Shown here piece after piece: positions 55,563 through 64,000 of a DNA stretch of 64,000 nucleotides. The notes below the pieces were generated by a model. It saw only the letters and a list, made by a program, of their open reading frames with translations. It was not told the origin of the DNA and searched no databases. A program made the position numbers and the translations under genes. This stretch comes from the human T2T-CHM13v2.0 reference genome, Homo sapiens: the NCBI RefSeq assembly GCF_009914755.1, contig NC_060941.1; one strand, given 5' to 3'. Each line of letters begins with the position of its first letter. The stretch's first letter is position 1.

Positions 55563-57554
55563 CACATAATGATATGTTTAATTTAACCTCAGTTTTTTAA
55601 ACCAGAATGCTTCTACCATAAAAGAATTGTGATTTCAGTTGTACTTCCATCAAGGAATATGTGGGAAGATATACATATTGTCAAAATGGTTGGGATGGGA
55701 TAGTTACAAAGGACACTTTTGTATGTTGTATGGGATCACTTGCCTGATAGTATAAGGAACATTGTATGAAAAGATGAAAAGATACTTCATTTTTAGAAAC
55801 TGATCAGAGATGTCACTGGTCTTTAAGTGATGTCTTGAAAATCCAGTATGTATTTGCCCAAAAGTTTTAGCCTACATCTAGCTAGCTTACACTTAGCAGC
55901 CAAACCATCATTGTGTAGGTTCTGTTTTGGAGGAAGCTCATGGGGGATCTGTGTATTTCTTAGGTTTCTCCCTGTTCTCCAATGTTTTATCCATTTCGTA
56001 GCTTTTTTACTGTCTCCAGAAAGTAGTGTGGGACCTGCACTTAGGGGAATACCAGAATCATAGCGTGGTTCTGCCTTCTTGATGAGTGATTGTGAAAAAC
56101 ACCTGCATAAGGGTGCTAATTGGTTGTGTATTTTTTCATTTATTTGAAATCAAACTGAGAACACCTCTTTTCGGTTTACAGCATAACATGGCTTGAAGTA
56201 AAAGGCAGTATCCAAGTCCTTCACCTGGTCTTGCCCTGTCTACTTTCTGATCATTCTGATGGTCTGATGTGGCTGTTGATGTGGAACTGCAGAAGAGTTC
56301 AGAGAAGAGTATGCAACAAAGCCATAGGAAAACACACAGGAGCTTTTCCCTCCCCTTCAGGTCCCCGCCCTCTTTCCAAGCTGGACAATTTTTTATTAAG
56401 TTGTTTATTCCCTGCCTTAAAACTGAAACAGGAAATTTTCTGGTAGAAGGAGGGTCATTTAGTCACGAACACTGAAGTGGGTCAAAATTCTATTCTGGGT
56501 CAAATCCTTGAATTCAAACAGATGTCCATAATCAGTACTGATGGAATAGAGCAAGTTTTTCTATGTAAGACAAATAAATCAAACATCATGTGCATCTCCT
56601 CATAAGGGTCTGCAAGGGTCTGATGGTTTAAAGTTCCTAACAGATCTGGTTGCAGCATCTGCCGGAGCTTGCACCCCATCATCGGACGGTCATCTTCCTG
56701 CTGCAGAAGTTAGGTAACATAAGACTTAGATTTCTTCCTGTTCTAGCAATCTGCAAGACCACCAGGCTTAACTTTTTAGCTGCCAGAAGACAAACCCCCT
56801 TTTCTGTTTCGGCAATTTGTCCTGGCACGTGTTTTGGACTTCCTCCGATTTACACGAAAAGCTCTGATATTCATTGGAGTACTTTATTTTTTTTCCTCAG
56901 TTTTGTTTCTTTTCTCATGTAAAAACAAACAAAAAGGTCAACAAAAAAAAATTGAGGTTTTTCTTGTTTCTATCTAGTTCATGCTTTCTTTGCGGTGTTT
57001 GAACAGTAGTCTGTTAACTTAGTAGGTGGTACCTGGAAAGGTATTTTAAGTATAGTGACTGTTTAATAAATACTTAATTGGATGATGGAGGAGGAGAAAT
57101 TGTTTTCTTCCCAGGATTCTCTTTGGGGGTCATTTTGTGTGACAGATATATTTTAGACATTTGGAGAAACAGTTTCAGATCCTGCCAGGATATTTTTGTA
57201 AAAAAGGAAAATGGAAGATTCCAATAAACTAGAAACAGTACGTATCTAAGATGCTGACACAGAAGCTAATGTGACTTTTCAGCTTATCAAGAGGATGGCC
57301 AATAAAACTTAAAGGTGTGGTTAGATGTTTTCTCACTTTTGTGACATTAATTTATCACTGAGTCTCATTCAACCAAGTAATCTAAAATACTGTGCAAATT
57401 CTAGCAGTATGTCTTCGATAACTTGGATGTTAGGATAGCCAATATGTACAAAAAATTAAATCAAGTATTTTGTCCTATGTATAACACAAATTAATTTTAC
57501 ACAGAGAAAGATGTTTCTAGGCAAGTGAAATTCTGGTAATTCATACTATTTCTT

Positions 57555-57610
57555 TGTATGAACAAATAAAATATATTTTGCCAACATGTGGGTACCTTTA
57601 TGTTTTCTTA
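57555..57610 (+). terminator. Probable major polyadenylation site
   Basis: TGTA at 57555-57558, AATAAA at 57565-57570, CA dinucleotides at 57582-57586, then GU/U-rich tgtgggtacctttatgttttctt. Confidence 0.7.
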
Positions 57611-57654
57611 AGTATTACAGAAGGACAAGGTAGCAATATTTTGTTTAATAATCC

Positions 57655-57667
57655 CATGTGCGTGCAT

Positions 57668-57718
<51 letters not shown>
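57655..57718. repeat. (CA)n microsatellite with a leading alternating purine-pyrimidine tract
   Basis: catgtgcgtgcatgcgcacata followed by (ca)n. Confidence 0.95.
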
Positions 57719-57722
<4 letters not shown>

Positions 57723-58931
57723 CATTCTGAGGGCAAGCTGATCTTTCAGATTTTAAAGGGTCCAATCCAATATACAACTAATCCACAAGCATTTAGGGTG
57801 GATTTTTTTTTTTATAAATGACTCTGAAGACAAGATCGGCGAGAGGGGCTCGTGTGTCTTGGTGGAGCTTCCCCGCAGCCCCCAGGAAGTGCTGTCTATT
57901 ACACAGGATTCCAAGAATACTGAAGCCACTGCCTGCCCCGGTCTTTCAGTGCCACAGGTTCGTGTGCATGGGCAGCCACATGTCACACGACAGGTGCAAT
58001 GTGAGCACAGCACCTATGGCTGGATGGATTTTGATAATAGGTGCCTTCTCTTCTCACTTTTGCAGAGTGTTCTCCTATAAGGTGGAGATCCTTATCTGTA
58101 AGACAGAGACAGAAAGGACTCAGACGAGGCAGCATTTCTGTGTCTTTAATCCGTCTCAAACTACCTTCTGCTTACTTTTTACCTGGCACACCATCTGTAC
58201 AATTAGTATTTGCTACTTTAACCATTTGATTCACTCTCTGATTTTACTTAACTTTAAAAGGAAACATATTTTAAGTAAAAAGCCATGATGTCTTGCCAAC
58301 AGGAGGAGATCATCATTTTTAAAAGGCACAATGAAAGCAAAGCAATGCTGTTAATTTCTAGCCCAGGTAGTATCACTAAAGCCACACTAGCCTTACCTTA
58401 GGCTCACTCGCTGCTCCTGGCAAAGATTCTACTGTTCAAGACTGGCACATAAGTGAGATTTGCATCTTGCCATGAAGAATAAATGGGACTTGGTGAAGGA
58501 ATGACTTACTCAATGTTATTTATTGTTAGTTCTATGTATGCCTAAAATGTGGGCGCCCACTCCCCACCTCCAAATCATCTCTCGCAGTTCTCTTGGTTTT
58601 CTGACATTTTTGGAAACACAGTGCCTCATACTAAGAAAATGCCTCGGAGAGGCATGGAGTTGAAAATTAGTCTAGCATTGTGGGAAAGCAGTGGAAAGAA
58701 AACCCTGACTTAACTAGAACAGGGTGTAAGTTCGTCAGTCAGAAAACAAGCCTTACTTAAGATTTGGTTTTCAAAAGCTAGCATTCTACGGAGATCAGTT
58801 TCTTCAAAGCTAGAAATTTGCCACTCAGTGAAATAGGTGTGTGAAATAGAAGTGTTGACTTTACTTTGCACCCCAACTCATCAATTTTATGCTTTTTCTA
58901 CAGAAAGGTACTAAAATGGACCTAAAATCTA

Positions 58932-59225
58932 TTTTTTTTTTTTTGAGATGGAATTTTGCTCCTGTTGCCCAGGCTGGAGTGCAATGGTGTGATCTCGCTC
59001 ACCGCAACCTCCACCTCCCAGGTTCAAGCGATTCTCCTGCCTCAGCCTCCCAAGTAGCTGGGAGGCTCCCATGTGCCACCATGCCTGGCTAATTTTTTGT
59101 ATTTTTAGTAGAGATGGGGTTTCTCCATGTTGGTCAGGCTAGTCTTGAACTCGTGACCTCAAGTGATCCACCCGTCTCGGCCTCCCAAAGTGCTGGGACT
59201 ACAGGCGTGAGCCACCACACCTGGC
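58932..59225 (-). mobile_element. AluS
   Basis: Antisense dimer. Confidence 0.93.
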
Positions 59226-59259
59226 ACAAATCTACTTATTAATCTGATGGCACAGTTTA

Positions 59260-59905
59260 GAGCAGTGGTCATCAAGCTTGGGGAAATATTTGAATGACCT
59301 GAAGAAACCTCAAGAGATTCCAAAGCCTGGCTGGGGGGCTCACGCAAGTAATACCAGCACTTTGGGAGGCCAAGGTGGGTGGATGGCTTGAGTCCAGGAG
59401 TTCAAGACCAGCCTGGGCAACATGGCAAAGCCCCATCTCTACAAAAAATATAAACACGAGCCGGGTGTGGTGGCACACCCATGATCCCAGCTACCTATAA
59501 AGCTGAGGCGCCCACTTGAGCCCTAGAAGTCAAGGCTGCAGTGATCTGTGATCGTGCCACTGAACTCCAGCCTAGGTGACAGAGGGAGACCCTGTCTCAA
59601 AAAAGAAGAAAAAAAATTCTGAAGCCTGAACACAATTCAGACCAATTACATTTAAAATCACCAGGGCTGAGGCCTTAACATGGGTATATTTAAGAAGCTC
59701 CCCAAGAGATTCTAATGTATATACAAGGTTAAAAGCCATTAGTCTGGAGTAGTTCTCAAATTGTGGTTCCTGAACCACAGAGCATCACATAGGAGCCTGG
59801 TAGACATGCAAATTCCTGCCCTTCTCAGACCCACTGAATTAGAAACACAGGGTTTAACAAGCATTCTAGGTAATTCTGACTCACACCTAGTTTGAGAACC
59901 ACCCA
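59260..59905. mobile_element. Adjacent MER5-type DNA transposons, the first split by an Alu
   Basis: cagtggtcatcaagctt...cagaccaattacattt...gctccccaagagattctaatgt; then gtagttctcaaattgtggttcc...catgcaaattc...ggtaattctga...agtttgagaaccac. Confidence 0.75.
59329..59617 (+). mobile_element. Alu (AluJ-like)
   Basis: Sense dimer with gtcaaggctgcagtga. Confidence 0.9.
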
Positions 59906-60730
59906 GCTAGAGCGTAGACTTCCTATTTTTTTAAAATTAGAGAGCTTGGACTGCTGATGACAGCTGTTTTCCTCTGTACCATGCTTCTCACCAGTAAGAT
60001 CAGCTATGAAGCTGTCTCTTCATATAACGCTAGATCTCCTTTAAGGAAACTCCTGCGTAGTTGCTGTTGCAGCATTTCAAATAGTTCCGAGACGCTGGGC
60101 CCACTTTTATCAGTCAGCCTCTAACTGTCATCTGTAATATGTTTCTGGAAGTGCCTGAAAATCAAACGATAGACTTGTATATCATAAGGCATTTCTTTTA
60201 AGAGAGCTAAAAAATCTTTTACATCCCTAATTTCCCCTCACGTAGATTCAACTTCCAACAATGTATTCCCAATGTTTTGCACTTGATTAACCATTATTTC
60301 TTCTTATCCTTCACAACTGAACCCACAGTTGGCTACCTAAAGCACACTGGCTGGCCATTCAAGGTCAAAGATTTAGCCTGGCCATCTGGCCATCTTGTTC
60401 TCAATTATAACAAGCTCATGTAAACCTACAGTTGCTATCATTAGCATCTAGTTTCATTTTTCCATTCATACTTACTATTATGTACAAAAGATGATTAAGT
60501 AATCATCTTATTGCACAAAGTCAGCTGTAATGACATATCTGTGGTCTCACAGACAGCCTTCCCCATTTGAGAGTTTGGGAAGTTTTGCTTCTACGCAACA
60601 GACTTTTGTTAATGAACTAAAAGTGGCTCAAGGATGTCAACGTACCATGTCTCCTGAGAAAGGTGCATATGAGGAATTGAAGTTCCTCCCCCTGGACCTG
60701 ACTTTATACCTACAAGAAGGTGTTAGAGGG

Positions 60731-61133
<403 letters not shown>

Positions 61134-61359
61134 TTAAGAAACCGTAACCTCAAAACAAACAGGCCTTGCAGGCTTTCTGTTTCCATATATTTGAAAAGAG
61201 AAGAGAGAGGCATGAAGCCTCTTTTGGAAGCAGTAAACAACAGGAAGCCTCCAGAGCTGCTGAGGAAGGGAGGCATCTTAGGAGAGGGATGTCCAAAGTA
61301 GTGTACTTTCGTTATGATATTCTCTGTGAATTGGAACACGAAGAAGCTGAAGTCAGAGG

Positions 61360-61740
61360 TCAATTCATTCATCCAGCATTATTTACCGAGTGTCTGCTGC
61401 TGCTAGGGACACAACCCTAAACAAGAAACACTTCCTGCTTCAAGGAATTTGCATTCCATGGGGAAGTTGAAGGACAAGGGAAGATGCAACCACAATGCAG
61501 TGTGACAAGGGCCGTGAAGAGGTGCCGTGGGGTGAGAGGTGGGGGGTGGGGGTGCACAGTAGAGGAAGGGTCAAACCTATAAATCTGGTATGATGTAGCC
61601 ATGGGATGGGGTGGTAGAGGGACATTATCCCATGCAAAGATCTAGATGTGAGAAAAATACTGCCTGTAGGAAACTGCAGGCCGTTCAGCAGGGAAGCAGC
61701 CTGGAGCGGATGGTGGGAGGGGTGGAGGACGGCTCTGGAG
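61360..61740 (-). mobile_element. L2 fragment
   Basis: attcattcatccagcattatttaccgagtgtctgct...cttcctgcttcaaggaatttgcattcc. Confidence 0.6.
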
Positions 61741-61759
61741 GGGATAAACAGAAGATTGT

Positions 61760-63555
<1,796 letters not shown>

Positions 63556-63889
63556 ATAAGGCGTTTAGATTATATCCTGGGGGGGAAAGGATAAGAGTTT
63601 TAAACAGATGAGTGACAAGATAGTTTTACAGGGAAGGAAAAAAATGATATTTGGAAAGCTAGCTTTTAATGAGGGCACAATGCTTCTAAGAGAGCTTTTC
63701 TCATGGTTTAGAAACAATAAGATCATTGGGGTCTGAAATGAGAAGACTTTGGGCATAGTTTGGGTGAGAAAGGATAAGACAGAGAGAGGTTAAAAGTGTA
63801 CTAGAAATAATGTAAAATGTGACTTCCTTGGGCAGAAAAAAAGTAAACTAAGGGATTCTCATTTTCTTGTGATGAACTCTGGTGATAGG

Positions 63890-64000
63890 CATTTAGGGAG
63901 GCAGCTTCTGGTAGCCCCAGGCATTCCTTGGCTTTTGGCAGCAAAACTCCAGCCTCTGCCTCTGTGGTCACAGGGCTGTCTTCCCTCTGTGTCTGTGTCT
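63890..64000 (-). mobile_element. MLT1-type LTR fragment running off the window
   Basis: gcttctggtagccccaggcattccttggctt...ctccagcctctgcctctgtggtcaca. Confidence 0.75.

Larger units (their letters stand above)
53825..57586 (+). other. HS3ST3B1: Long 3' UTR of HS3ST3B1 (end inferred), containing one antisense Alu
   Basis: AU-rich block after the stop, miRNA seed matches, few repeats, and a well-formed poly(A) site at the distal end. Confidence 0.7.

Overview
This is human (primate) genomic DNA, not a prokaryotic or accessory region. It holds one complete protein-coding gene on the + strand, HS3ST3B1 (heparan sulfate glucosamine 3-O-sulfotransferase 3B1; from recall at 17p12, inside the CMT1A/HNPP interval). 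Coding exon 1 (9633-10186, 554 nt) and exon 2 (53206-53824, 619 nt) are joined across a 43,019-nt GT-AG intron. Together they give 390 aa: a type II membrane anchor plus a PAPS-dependent sulfotransferase domain. A ~3.7-kb 3' UTR probably ends near 57585. The 5' end sits in a cluster of CpG islands (about 5.3-18.4 kb). The rest is ordinary primate repeat landscape: about 28 Alu/FLAM copies, L1, L2, MIR, MER31-like/MLT/MST/LTR16-like LTRs, Tigger3, MER5 and microsatellites. Nearly all other ORFs in the track are repeat, low-complexity or GC-shadow artefacts. I see no evidence of a new multi-gene system. The most interesting unexplained signals are: (1) three upstream ATGs in the 5' leader, including a poly-Ala uORF in frame with the enzyme behind a single TAA, and an M-C-stop uORF paired with an overlapping uORF; (2) four short duplications of mostly unique local sequence (two inverted, one dispersed direct with a hairpin junction, one tandem) that look like template-switch repair scars, one of which makes a 131-bp intronic hairpin; (3) a dense cluster of STAT (GAS) motifs at 39.3-40.7 kb; (4) candidate upstream and intronic promoters; (5) a miR-29/218/100 seed cluster and a 30-bp minisatellite in the 3' UTR. 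Repeat subfamily calls and boundaries were made by eye and are approximate.
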